In this document: piece by piece, positions 1 through 12,130 of the stretch
Position numbering within the stretch: the stretch's first letter is position 1
Layout of the letters: every line of letters starts with the position of its first letter
DNA from: Malacoraja senta
Lineage: Eukaryota
Reading direction: 5' to 3'
Assembly: GCA_038087875.1 (NCBI GenBank)
Contig: CM075996.1
Location: 9,550,001-9,614,000 of the forward strand
Length of the DNA stretch: 64,000 nt
Translations under genes and position numbers: made by a program
Notes under the pieces: model-generated
Databases searched by the model: none
Seen by the model: only the letters and a program-made list of their open reading frames with translations
What the model was told of the DNA's origin: nothing

Positions 1-1556
1 CTAAAACTGCATTGGCCAACGCCACCATGCTGGTACACCCCAGGGCTACGGTCCAAACGGCCCTCACCGTGGACGCCTCCGACGTCGCGATAGGCGCCGT
101 CCTCGAGCAGCGGGCAGGTAATCGCTGGGTGCCGTTGGCATTTTTCAGCAGGCAACTGCGAGCCCCAGAAGTTAAATACAGCGCTTTCGACAGGGAGCTC
201 CTTGCGCTTTACCTAGCGATCCGTCATTTTCGATATTTCCTGGAGGGGCGCGCTTTCACTGCGTTCACCGACCACAAGCCGTTAACTTTCGCCTTGTCCA
301 AGGTCTCTGACCCTTGGTCCGCCAGACAGCAACGGCACCTCGCCTACATTTCCGAATTCACGTCTGATATTCGACATGTGGCAGGTAAGCTAAATGTTGT
401 GGCCGTCGCAATGTCCCGTCCAGCGCTGCCCGAAGTCTCCGCGCTTAGTCTCGGCGTTGATTACGAGGAACTGCTGAATCAGGACTGAAGCTGGTAAGAG
501 TGCCATGCGGCAACTCCGGCGTGCAAGTCCTTTGTGATATTTCCACCGGTAAAGCCCGTCCTATTGTCCCGGTCGCTTGGCGGCGGCGGATTTTCGACAC
601 CATCCACGCCTAGCGCACCCGTCCATTCGCGCCACCTCTGCTTTGGTCACGGCTAAGATCGTTTGGCACGGGTTATGGAAGCAGGTCGCTGCATGGGCCC
701 GTTCCTGCATCCCATGCTAGACCTCCAAAGTGCAGAGACATGTACACCCGCCGGTCCAGGATTTTGCCGTCCCGGACGGCAGGTTCCTGCACATCCATGT
801 AGACCTGGTAGGTCCCTTACCTTGTTCGCGCGGGGCTACCCACTTACTGACTATCGTAGACAGGTTTACCAGTGGGCAGAAGCAATCCCGTTAGCGGATA
901 CCTCTGCTGATGCATGCACGAGGGCAATGGTATCCCATTGGATCGCTCGTTTCGGGGTCCCCTCACAACATTACCACCGATAGGGGGGCCCAGTTCACGT
1001 CCTCCCTGTGGTGTGGTATGGCGCAGCTGTACGGAGCAAAGCTGCACCAGACTGCCGCTTATCACCCGGAGTCTAACGGGTTGGTTGAGCGGTTCCACCG
1101 GCACCTTAAGTCGGCGTTAAAAACCAGACTCACCGACCCTGATTGGGTCGACCAGTTACCTTGGGTCCTCCTTGGCAACAGAACAACGCCTAAGGAGGAC
1201 CTCAAAGCCTCCTCGGCCGAGTTAGTTTACGGCTCGGTTTTGCAGGTTCCCGGGGATTTCTTGCCTGTCCCCTCCGGACCAGGAGGTTTCAACCTCACAG
1301 TTGTTGGCGGACCTTCGTGAGCGGCGCGCGGCTTTGGTCCCGGTTCCCACTTCCCGGCATGGTTCGTCTTCGGTGCATGTGCCTACTATGTTACGGAATT
1401 GTGTTACGCCCTTCCTCGTTCGCGTTTTTCGCGTCCCCCCGGTCCTGTTGTACCGGTCCCAAATGTTACGCTCGCCCCACGTCCTCGTATCACGCGTTCC
1501 GGTCGTACCGTCCGTTTACCCGCGCGTTTCCGTACCACGGATTCTGGGGGGGGCCA
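1..1556 (+). mobile_element. Degenerate Ty3/Gypsy LTR retrotransposon pol 3' part (RNase H + integrase) with polypurine tract
   Basis: RNase H motifs TVDASDVAIGAVL, YSAFDRELLA and TDHKPL in ORF 12-488. Integrase core motifs IHVDLVGP, ITTDRGAQF and NGLVERFH are spread over broken frames. G-run PPT (TCTGGGGGGGGCCA) ends at 1556. Confidence 0.9.
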
Positions 1557-1784
1557 TGTAGCGGCACCCGTTAGCGCACGCAGATATCGAACCTGGCGTT
1601 CGGAAGCCGCGGTCATGTGACTCGGGAGGGGCCGTTGTTTACGCGCGGTTTTTCCCTTGCGCGCGTTAGTTCAGCGCTGACCACCGTTGTGGCCAGACGT
1701 GTCTGTTAAACCTGTACGCTGCAACTTGAACTTTCGAATAAAGTATTGTTGAAAACTCCAGGAGTCGTTTATCAGACCACTAAA
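1557..1784 (+). mobile_element. 3' LTR of the Gypsy element
   Basis: Begins TGTAGCGG immediately after the PPT. AATAAA at 1737-1742. Ends CCACTAAA, an imperfect inverted match to the start (terminal CA apparently mutated). Confidence 0.7.
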
Positions 1785-1809
1785 ACATAAATATTACCCC
1801 ATCCTTATT

Positions 1810-2590
1810 GACAATAGACAATAAACAATAGACAACAGACAATAGGTGCAGGAGTAGGCCATTCGGCCCTTCGAGCCAGCACCGCCATTCAATGTGATCA
1901 TGGCTGATCATCCCCAATCAGTACCCCGTTCCTGCCTTCTCCCCATATCCCCTGACTCCGCTATCTTTAAGAGCCCTATCTAGCTCTCTTTTGAAAGTAT
2001 CCAGAGAAACGGCCTCCACCACCCTCTGGGGCAGAGAATTCCACAGACTCACCACTCTCTGTGAGAAAAAGTGTTTTCTCGTCTCCGTTCTAAATGGCTT
2101 ACCCCTTATTCTTAAACTGTGGCTCCTGGTTCTGGACTCCCCCAACATCGGGAACATGTTTCCTGCCTCTAGCATGTCCAAGCCCTTAACAATCTTATAT
2201 GTTTCAATGAGATATCCTCTCATCCTTCTAAACTCCAAAGTGTACAAGCCCAGCTGCTCCATTCTCTCAGCATATGACAGTCCCGCCATCCCGGGAATTA
2301 ACCTTGTAAACCTATGCTGCACTCCCTCAATAGCAAGAATGTCCTTCCTTAAATTAGGGACCAAAACTGCACACAATACTCCAGGTGTGGTCTCACTAGA
2401 GCCCTGTACAACTGCAGAAGGACCTCTTTGCTCCGATACTCGACTCCTCTTGTTACAAAGGCCAACATGCCATTCGCTTTCTTCACTGCCTGCTGTACCT
2501 GCATGCTTACTTTCATAGACTGATGAACAAGGACCCCCAGATCCCGTTGTACTTCCCCTTTTCCCAACTTGACACCATTTAGATAGTATT
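1810..2590 (-). mobile_element. CR1-type LINE, 5'-truncated 3' fragment
   Basis: RT C-terminal motifs RDLGVLVH, LVRPHLEYCVQFWS, RRMRGYLIETYK and FFSQRVVSLWNSLP, with a frameshift. Short tandem 3' tail. Confidence 0.9.
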
Positions 2591-2945
2591 TAGATTGAGG
2601 ATGCATTCAACCCCCAGCGGTGCCCAGCGGTCCCGGAAATCCCCAGGGAGCCCGTGGACAGCGCGTAGTCCCTCTCTAGTGACACCCGGGCGCGGACGTA
2701 ACCCCGGAAAAGGGGCGGGTGCCGTGACTCGCGGATGGCCCAGCTTGGCCAGGCCCAGGAGCAACCCAACCAGGACATCTTCAGCCCTACTCTCTCCCCT
2801 ACGCCCAGCGTGTCCACAGATGAGGATGGTGGGTGTGAAGTGCGGCCAGAAGGCAAGGAGCAACCCCATTAGATATTGGAACAGGGGCTGCAGCCTCACA
2901 CACACTGTGTGTTGGTCTCAGACATGGATCTGCTATCGCTCCTTA
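2590..2945 (-). mobile_element. Tx1/L1-like LINE ORF2 3' fragment (related copies at 44268-44510 + and 46426-46710 -)
   Basis: Peptides LLLAFWPHFTPTILI, LLGLAKL and FRGYVRARVSLER recur at the other loci. Family assignment is from recall only. Confidence 0.55.
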
Positions 2946-3202
2946 CAATCGGTCCACTCATGTAAATGGTTACTCCTACAGCAACATTTCTCACTGGCTT
3001 GTCCTTGCACTTACAGCAAGTGTCATTGTTCCACTTACCATTCTCTTGTCATGTCATAGTGTCATAGAGTGATACAGTGTGGAAACAGGCCCTTCGGCCC
3101 AACCTGCCCACACTGGCCAACAATGTCCCGGCTACACTAGTCCCACCTGCCTGTGCTTGGTCCATAACCCTCCAAACCTGTCCTATCCATGTACCTGTCT
3201 AA

Positions 3203-3728
3203 TAGCACAGTCACACGGTACGAGTTCATTCCAAGAGCTCTCCCGAGTTTAAAAAAAATCAAACTCGTGGTAAGCACGGAGAATGTACGTAGCGGGTACG
3301 TCGGAGCTCGGGGACGTCTCTTAGCGGCTCGTACAGCTAACGGCAGGTACTCGGGAAGACTCACTAACGGCAGGTAAGCACGGGAAGACTGGTGAAGATT
3401 TTTCAACATGTTGAAAAATGTCCACGAGAGCCCCGAGTACCGACGAGTGGCCATTACCGTAAATCTCCGAGTTCGAATCAGGGCAAACTCGGGAGAGCTC
3501 TTGGAATGAACTCGTACCGTGGGACAGGGCCGGATTTACGTATAAGCTTCACAAGCTTAAGCTTAGGGTCTCCAGATCTAGGGGGGCCTCGGCAGGGCCG
3601 GATTTACCTATAGGCGTCATAGGCTGCTTGGGAGGGGCCTCACATAGGGGATTAAGAGGGGCCTCACAAGTGGAATAGCCTAGGGCCTCTCTTCATCTAA
3701 ATCCGGCCCGGACCGTGGGACAGGGCTA
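3203..3728. mobile_element. PIF/Harbinger-type MITE inserted in a CR1 tail
   Basis: Long TIRs (CACGGTACGAGTTCATTCCAAGAGCTCTCCCGAGTTT and its reverse complement). TAA TSD at 3200-3202 and 3729-3731. Confidence 0.8.
3525..3711. mobile_element. Small hAT-like MITE nested in the right TIR of the Harbinger MITE
   Basis: 14-bp TIR CAGGGCCGGATTTA / TAAATCCGGCCCGG. Direct repeat ACCGTGGGA at 3516-3524 and 3712-3720. Confidence 0.75.
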
Positions 3729-4165
3729 TAACTGTTTCTTAAATATTGGGATAGTCCCTGCCTCAACTACCTCCTCTAGCAGCTTGTCCATACACCCACC
3801 ACCTTTGTGTGAAAAAAGTTACCCCTCAGATTTCTATTAAATCTTTTCCCCTTCACCTTAAACCCGTGTCCTCTGGTCCCTCGATTCCCCTACTCTGGGC
3901 AAGAGACTCTGTGCATCGACCCGATCTATTCTATCAATGCACTGTATGTGTACATGGTGGACGGCTCGATTGTGATCATGTATAGTCTTCCCGCTAACTG
4001 GTTAGCAGGCAACAAAAGCTTTTCACTGTAGCTCGGTACACGTGACAATGAACCGAATTCTACCGCTGCTCCACCGTGCCATTGTTACAAAATAATCAAG
4101 AATAAGGAACCCCAAGCTCAACGCAGGGTGGACCGCCAGGCCGACTGAACCCACGTACGAGGTGA

Positions 4166-4332
4166 ACACAAAATGCTGGAGTAACTCAGCGGGACAGGCA
4201 GCATCTGAGGAGAGAATGAATGGGTGACGTTTCTGGTCCAGACCCTTCTTCAGACTCCGACCCGAAACGTCACCCATTCCTTCTCTCCAGAGATGCTGCC
4301 TGTCCCGTTGAGTTACTCCAGCATTTTGTGTC
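4166..4332. repeat. Inverted pair of Penelope-derived 3'-terminal repeats (~75-bp arm hairpin); representative of many in the window
   Basis: ACACAAAATGCTGGAGTAACTCAGCGGGACAGGCAGCATC...GGGTGACGTTTC is followed by its reverse complement. Confidence 0.75.
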
Positions 4333-4555
4333 TATCCTTGGTTTAAACCAGCCTGTTTGGTCGTGAGTAGTCGCCCAAAGAGTCGTACCTTTTCCTGGTC
4401 GCCACTGGATTTTCAACATTTTCGGCGACCTGCTGCGACGGTGACGGGTGCCGGCAAGTCGCCGAAAAAGTTGCGTAAGTGGGACAGGCCCTTGCGGCTT
4501 CTGGCTGGGTTTGCATACGTAACTCCCGCTCACCCTGACTCTTGTTCTGACCCAG

Positions 4556-4732
4556 AGGCGGAGGGGATGGACCTGGCGGCGGTCGCAGTCCACGAGTTTG
4601 GCCACGCCATCGGCCTGGCGCACTCCTCCGCGGGAAACTCCATCATGAAACCTTACTACCAGGGGCCCATCGGCGAGGTACAGCTCTACCGGCTCCCCCT
4701 GGACGACGTGTACGGCATCGAGCAACTGTACG
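4556..4732 (+). CDS. MMP17/MMP25-like GPI-type membrane metalloproteinase, Zn-binding catalytic exon
   Basis: cccag acceptor and gtgagt donor, phase 1-1. Encodes GMDLAAVAVHEFGHAIGLAHSSAGNSIMKPYYQGP...EQLYG (HExxHxxGxxH plus Met-turn). Confidence 0.95.
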
Positions 4733-4784
4733 GTGAGTCAACTCCCCACCTCACCAGTAAATCTCCCTGCTTCCCAATCAATGG

Positions 4785-5070
4785 GCGGCGCGGTGGCGCA
4801 GCGGTAGAGGTGCTGCCTCACAGCGCTTGCAGCGCCAGAGACCCGGGTTCCATCCCGACTACGGGTGCCGTCTGTATGGAGTTTGTACATCCTCCCCGTT
4901 TTCTCTGAGCTCTTCCGTTTCCTCCCACACTCCAAAGGCGTGCAGGTTTGTAGGTTAATTGGCTTGGTGTAAGTGTGTAGGATAGTGTTAATGGGCGGGG
5001 ATCGATTGTCGGCGTGTGGACTCGGTGGGCCGAAGGGCCTGTTTGCGTGTTGTATCTCTAAACTAAACTA
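4785..5070 (+). mobile_element. tRNA-derived V-SINE (HE1-like). Further copies at about 5565-5860(-), 26625-26925(+), 41298-41530(-), 45085-45385(-), 48145-48443(+), 52310-52600(+), 53830-54120(-), 59065-59365(+)
   Basis: A-box GGTGGCGCAGCGG and B-box-like GGTTCxATCC. Conserved central GGTTTCCTCCCACACTCCAAAG. 3' end shared with CR1 tails (GGGCCGAAGGGCCTGTTT) and (CTAAA)n. Confidence 0.8.
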
Positions 5071-6742
5071 ATCATAAGATCATAAGTGATAGGAGCAGAA
5101 TTAGGCCATTCGGCCCATCAAGTCTACTCCGCCATTCAATCATGGCTGATCTATCTCTCCCCCCTAACCCCATTCTCCAGCCTTCTCCACATAACCTCTG
5201 ACACCAGTACTAATCAAGAATCTATCTATCTCTGCCCTAAAAATACCCAATGACTTGGCCTCCACAGCCTTCTGTCGCAAAGAATTCCACAGATTCACCA
5301 CCCACTGAATAAAAAATTCTTCCTCATCTCCTTCCTAAAAGAACGTCCATTAATTCTAGCCCTGGACTCGCCCACTAGTGGAAACATCCTCTCTATCCTG
5401 ATGGGAAGAATAAAATGTATTAGGGTAGGATGAATGTATATGGATACATGATGGTTGGCATGGACTCAGTGGGCCGAAGGGCCTGTTCCCTTGCTGTATC
5501 TGCCCAGAACTTCATAACCATGTCCTTCTGAATACCCTTGACCATGGTTATATGGCATCTTTAGACTTTGGAGATACAGAACGGAAACAGGCCCTGTGGC
5601 CCACCAAGTCCGTGCCGACCAGCGATCACTCCGTAGACTAGCACCATCCTACACAGTGGGGACAATTTATAAGTTTTCTGTAGCCAATTAACCTACACAC
5701 CCGTATGTCTTTGAGTGTGGGAGGAAACTGGAGGTCTCGGAGAAAACCCACGCAGGTCAGGGAGAGAACGTACAAACTCCGTACAGACAGTGGCCGTAGT
5801 CAGGATCGAACCCGGGTCTCTGGTGCTGAAAGGCAGCAACTCTACCGCTGCACCACCGTGTCACCCCTCTACCCACTCTATGTGGCACCCCTTGAACCAG
5901 TGCCACTCCCCTACCTCTCTCCCCTGCCCTCCAAATTCCTTCCCTTTAAACACTCTAAAGATGTACAGGTTTGTAGGTTAAATGGTTTGGTATGTAAAAT
6001 TGTCCTTAGTGTGTGTAGGATAGTGTTAATGTGCGGTGATCGCTGGTCGGTGTGGACTCGGTGGTATGAAGGGCCGGTTTCTGCGCTGTATCTCGAAACT
6101 AAATCTTGGTCGGTCAATGACCAAATATTTGGTTGCATGATCAATCACCAAACACAGCAGTTCCTGTCAACTTGACTAATTCTTTCAAACTCCCTAAGGG
6201 GAGAAGGCAGGAGAATGAGGTTAGGAGAGATAGATCAGCCATGAATGAATGGCGGAGTAGACGATGGGCCGAATGGCCTAATTCTGTTCCTATCACTTAT
6301 GAACATGATCTCCATCTCTTCATGACACCATCTATTCATCCGGTTTTCTCCCACACCCCAAAGATGTGCGGGTTACTAGGCTAACTGGCCTCTGTAAATT
6401 GCCCCTAGTGTGTCGGATAGAACTAGTGTACGGGGTGATCGCTGTCCCTGGTGCGTGTAGGATAGTGTAAGTGTGCGGGGATCGCTGGACGGCGTGGACT
6501 CGGTGGGCCGAGGGGCCTGTGTTTGCGCACTGCATCTCTAAACTAACCTGAAGTCCCTCATCCCTGAAGTCAGTTCAGTTAATTTATTCTGCACCCTCTC
6601 CAAAGCCGTCACATCTTTCCCAGAAATGGGCACAATTGCTTCTTTATCAAGGTTGAGTGTGAGTTGCTTGCTCCTGTTCTCTGTGCTTCCGTTTATAAGC
6701 CGGGTGCTCTGCGTGTATCTTCACCATTCTCAGCAGCACTTC

Positions 6743-7530
6743 TCAAGTCAAGTCAAGTCAAATCACTTTTATTTCTATAGCACATTTCAAAAACAACTCT
6801 CGTTGACCAAAGTGCTTTACATTGGTGGAGGTACTAACGTTATACAACAGTGGTTCATAGACTAAGTACATACATAAATACATACATATAGCCCTCACTC
6901 AGAGGACGTCAAGAAAGGCTTGAGAGTAAAGATGAGTTTTAAGTCTCGACTTAAAGGAGTCGATGGAGGGCGCAGTTCTGATTTGAAGAGGGATGCTGTT
7001 CCACAGTCTAGGAGCTGCAACCGCAAAGGCGCGGTCGCCCCTGAGCTTATGCCCAGACCGCGGGATGTTCAGTAACCCCAAGTCGGCCGATCTGAGGGAC
7101 GTGGAGGTGGAGTGGTGGGTGAGAAGACTTTTGATGTAGGTGGGACCAAGCCCATTGAGGGCTTTGTAGACATAGAGGAGGATCTTGAAATTTATTCAGA
7201 ACCGCACAGGGAGCTAGTGGAGAGAGGCCAGGATCGGGGTGATGTGGTCCCTTTTTCGGGTGCCCGTCAGGAGTCTCGCTGCGGCGTTTTGGACCAGTTG
7301 CAGGCGGGACGGGGAAGATTGGCTGATGCCAGTGTAAAGGGAGTTGCAGTAATCTAGGCGGGAGGAGATGAATGTGTGGATGATCTTTTCCAGGTCATCA
7401 AACTGGAGGAATTGTTTTATTTTAGCTATCGCCCGAAGCTGAAAGAAGCTAGCTTTTACCACGGCATTGACTTGTTTGTCAAATTTCAGTGCTGAGTCAA
7501 ATATCACGCCAAGGTTTTTGATGTGAGGTC
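6743..7530 (-). mobile_element. L2-type LINE 3' fragment
   Basis: FISSRLDYCNSL, LQLVQNAAARLL, HITPILASLH and GDRAFAVAAPRLWNSIP motifs. (TTGAC)n tail. Confidence 0.85.
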
Positions 7531-7598
7531 AAAGTTCTGCCAAGTTCAACAAAATATGCTCACGCTCCCTTGGATCAAATCAGTGTTTAGTCACTGAG

Positions 7599-10500
7599 GA
7601 GAGACACAGAGTCACGGAGACACAGAGTCACGGAGTCACGGAGACACAGAGTCACGGAGTCACAGAGTCACGGAGACACGGAGACACGGAGACACGGAGA
7701 CACAGAGTCACGGAGACACAGAGTCACGGAGACACGGAGACACGGAGACACGGAGACACAGAGTCACGGAGACACGGAGACACAGAGTCACGGAGACACA
7801 GAGTCACGGAGACACGGAGACACGGAGACACGGAGACACAGAGTCACGGAGACACAGAGTCACGGAGTCACAGAGTCACGGAGTCACAGAGTCACGGAGA
7901 CACAGAGTCACGGAGACACGGAGACACAGAGACACAGAGTCACGGAGTCACAGAGTCACGGAGTCACAGAGTCACGGAGACACGGAGACACGGAGACACG
8001 GAGACACAGAGTCACGGAGACACAGAGTCACGGAGTCACAGAGTCACGGAGTCACAGAGTCACGGAGTCACAGAGTCACGGAGTCACGGAGTCACGGAGA
8101 CACAGAGACACAGAGTCACGGAGTCACAGAGTCACGGAGTCACAGAGTCACAGAGACACAGAGACACAGAGTCACGGAGTCACAGAGTCACGGAGTCACA
8201 GAGACACAGAGTCACGGAGACACAGAGTCACGGAGTCACAGAGTCACGGAGTCACAGAGTCACGGAGTCACAGAGTCACAGAGTCACAGAGTCACAGAGA
8301 CACAGAGACACAGAGTCACGGAGACACAGAGTCACGGAGACACAGAGTCACGGAGTCACGGAGTCACAGAGTCACGGAGTCACAGAGTCACGGAGACACA
8401 GAGTCACGGAGTCACGGAGTCACAGAGTCACGGAGTCACAGAGTCACGGAGTCACAGAGTCACGGAGTCACAGAGTCACAGAGACACAGAGACACAGAGT
8501 CACAGAGACACAGAGACACAGAGACACGGAGACACAGAGACACAGAGTCACGGAGTCACAGAGTCACAGAGTCACAGAGTCACAGAGACACAGAGACACA
8601 GAGTCACGGAGACACAGAGTCACGGAGACACAGAGTCACGGAGTCACGGAGTCACAGAGTCACGGAGTCACAGAGTCACGGAGTCACAGAGTCACGGAGT
8701 CACGGAGACACAGAGTCACGGAGTCACAGAGTCACGGAGACACAGAGTCACGGAGTCACGGAGACACAGAGTCACGGAGTCACAGAGTCACGGAGTCACG
8801 GAGACACAGAGTCACGGAGACACGGAGACACAGAGACACAGAGTCACAGAGACACAGAGTCACGGAGTCACAGAGTCACGGAGACACGGAGACACAGAGT
8901 CACGGAGACACGGAGACACAGAGACACAGAGACACAGAGTCACGGAGTCACAGAGTCACGGAGTCACGGAGACACAGAGTCACGGAGACACGGAGACACG
9001 GAGACACAGAGACACAGAGACACAGAGTCACGGAGTCACAGAGTCACGGAGTCACGGAGACACAGAGACACAGAGACACAGAGTCACGGAGTCACAGAGT
9101 CACAGAGTCACAGAGTCACGGAGACACAGAGACACGGAGACACGGAGACACGGAGACACAGAGTCACGAAGTCACAGAGTCACGGAGTCACAGAGACACA
9201 GAGTCACGGAGTCACAGAGTCACGGAGTCACGGAGACACAGAGTCACGGAGACACGGAGACACGGAGACACAGAGTCACGAAGTCACAGAGTCACAGAGT
9301 CACAGAGACACAGAGTCACGGAGACACGGAGACACGGAGACACAGAGTCACGGAGACACAGAGTCACGGAGTCACAGAGTCACAGAGTCACAGAGTCACA
9401 GAGACACAGAGTCACGGAGACACAGAGACACGGAGACACAGAGACACAGAGACACAGAGTCACGCAGACACGGAGTAACGGAGACACGGAGACACAGAGA
9501 CACAGAGACACGGAAACACGGAGACACAGAGTCACAGAGTCACACAGTCACACAGAGACACAGAGACACAGAGTCACAGAGACACAGTCACACAGAGACA
9601 CAGTCACAGAGTCACGGAGACACAGAGACACAGAGACACGGAGTCACAGAGTCACAGAGCCACGGAGACACAGAGACACAGAGACACAGAGACACAGAGA
9701 CACGGAGTCACAGAGTCACAGAGCCACGGAGACACAGAGACACAGAGACACAGAGACACAGAGACACGGAGACACAGAGACACAGAGACACAGAGTCACA
9801 GAGTCACGGAGACACAGAGACACAGAGACACGGAGTCACAGAGACACAGAGACACAGAGACACAGAGTCACAGAGTCACGGAGACACAGAGACACAGAGA
9901 CACGGAGTCACAGAGTCACAGAGCCACGGAGACACAGAGACACAGAGACACAGAGACACAGAGACACGGAGTCACAGAGTCACAGAGCCACGGAGACACA
10001 GAGACACAGAGACACAGAGACACAGAGACACAGAGTCACGGAGACACAGAGACACGGAGACACAGAGACACAGAGACACAGAGTCACAGAGTCACGGAGT
10101 CACAGAGTCACAGAGTCACAGAGACACAGAGACACAGAGACACAGAGTCACGGAGTCACAGAGACACAGAGTCACGGAGTCACAGAGACACAGAGTCACA
10201 GAGTCACAGAGTCACAGAGTCACAGAGACACAGAGTCACGGAGACACGGAGACACGGAGACACAGAGACACGGAGACACAGAGACACAGAGACACAGAGT
10301 CACGCAGACACGGAGTAACGGAGACACGGAGACACAGAGACACAGAGACACAGAGACACAGAGACACGGAGTCACAGAGTCACAGAGCCACGGAGACACA
10401 GAGACACAGAGACACAGAGACACAGAGACACGGAGACACAGAGACACAGAGACACAGAGTCACAGAGTCACGGAGACACAGAGACACAGAGACACGGAGT

Positions 10501-11362
10501 CACAGAGACACAGAGACACAGAGACACAGAGTCACAGAGTCACGGAGACACAGAGACACAGAGACACGGAGTCACAGTCACAGAGCCACGGAGACACAGA
10601 GACACAGAGACACAGAGACACAGAGACACGGAGTCACAGAGTCACAGAGCCACGGAGACACAGAGACACAGAGACACAGAGACACAGAGACACGGAGACA
10701 CAGAGACACAGAGACACAGAGTCACAGAGTCACGGAGACACAGAGACACGGAGTCACGGAGTCACAGAGTCACAGAGACACAGAGACACAGAGACACAGA
10801 GACACGGAGTCACGGAGTCACAGAGTCACAGAGACACAGAGACACAGAGTCACAGAGACACAGAATCACGGAGTCACAGAGTCACAGAGTCACAGAGACA
10901 CAGAGACACAGAGACACGGAGTCACGGAGATACAGAGACACAGTCACAGAGTCACACAGTGTCACACAGACACAGAGACACAGACACACAGTGTCACACA
11001 GACACAGAGACACAGAGACACAGAGACACAGAGACACAGAGTCACACAGTGTCACACAGTGTCACACAGACACAGAGACACAGAGACACAGAGACACAGA
11101 GACACAGAGACACAGAGTCACACAGTCACACAGAGACACAGAGACACAGAGTCACACAGTCACACAGAGACACAGAGACACAGTGTCACACAGACACAGA
11201 GACACAGAGACACAGAGACACAGAGTCACACAGTGTCACACAGTGTCACACAGTGTCACACAGACACAGTCACAGAGACACAGAGACACAGAGACACAGA
11301 GACACAGAGACACAGAGACACAGAGACACAGAGACACAGAGACACAGAGACACAGAGACAGA
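7599..11362. repeat. ~3.8-kb tandem array of 8-bp units GAG(A/T)CAC(A/G)
   Basis: Directly visible. Confidence 0.97.
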
Positions 11363-11364
11363 AA

Positions 11365-12130
11365 GTGATACAGCGTGGAAACAGGCCCTTCGGTTCAACT
11401 TGCCCACACCGGCCAACATGTCCCAGCTACACTAGTCCCACCTGCCCACGTTGGTCCATATCCCTCCAAACCTGTCCATATCCCGCCAAACCTGTACCTG
11501 TCTAACTGTTTCTTAAACGTTGTGATAGCCCCAACCTCAACTACCTCCTCTGGCAGCTTGTTCCATACACCCGCCTACCTTTGTGTGAAAAAGTTACCCC
11601 TCAGGTTCCTAATAAATCTTTTCCCCTTCACCTTAAACCTATGACCTCTGGTCCTCGATTCCCCTACTCTGGGCAAGAAACTCTGTGCGTCTACCCGATC
11701 GACCTATTCCTCTCATGATTTTATACACCCCTATAAGATCACCCCTCATCCTCCTGCGCTCCATGGAATAGGCCTCCTCAACCTCTCTCTGTAGCCCAGA
11801 CCCTCTAGTCCTGGCAATATCATAAGGTCATAAGTGATAGGAATAGAATTAGGCCATTTGGCCCATCATGTCTACTCTGCCATTCAATCATGGCTGATCT
11901 ATCTCTCCCTCCTAACCCCTTCCCCCTGCCTTCTCACCATAGCCTCTGACACCCGTACTAATCAAGAATCTATCGATCTCTGCCTTAAAAATATATCCTC
12001 GTAAATCTTATCTGTACCCTTTCCAGCTTGACGACATCTTTCCTATAACATGGTGCCCAGAACTGAACACAATACTGTAAATGCGGTCTCATGCAGTCTC
12101 ACCAACGTCTTATACAACTGCAACATGTCC
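11365..12130 (-). mobile_element. CR1-type LINE fragments (nested)
   Basis: Typical CR1 3' sequence (TACACTAGTCCCACCTGCC...GAAAAAGTTACCCCTCAG), interrupted by a second CR1 tail. Confidence 0.7.

Noticed and set aside
4785..4860. tRNA genes at SINE heads
   Set aside because: tRNA-like A/B boxes are followed by the SINE body; no complete cloverleaf.
10220..11505. ORFs with HRDTETQR repeats
   Set aside because: Artefacts of the 8-bp satellite.
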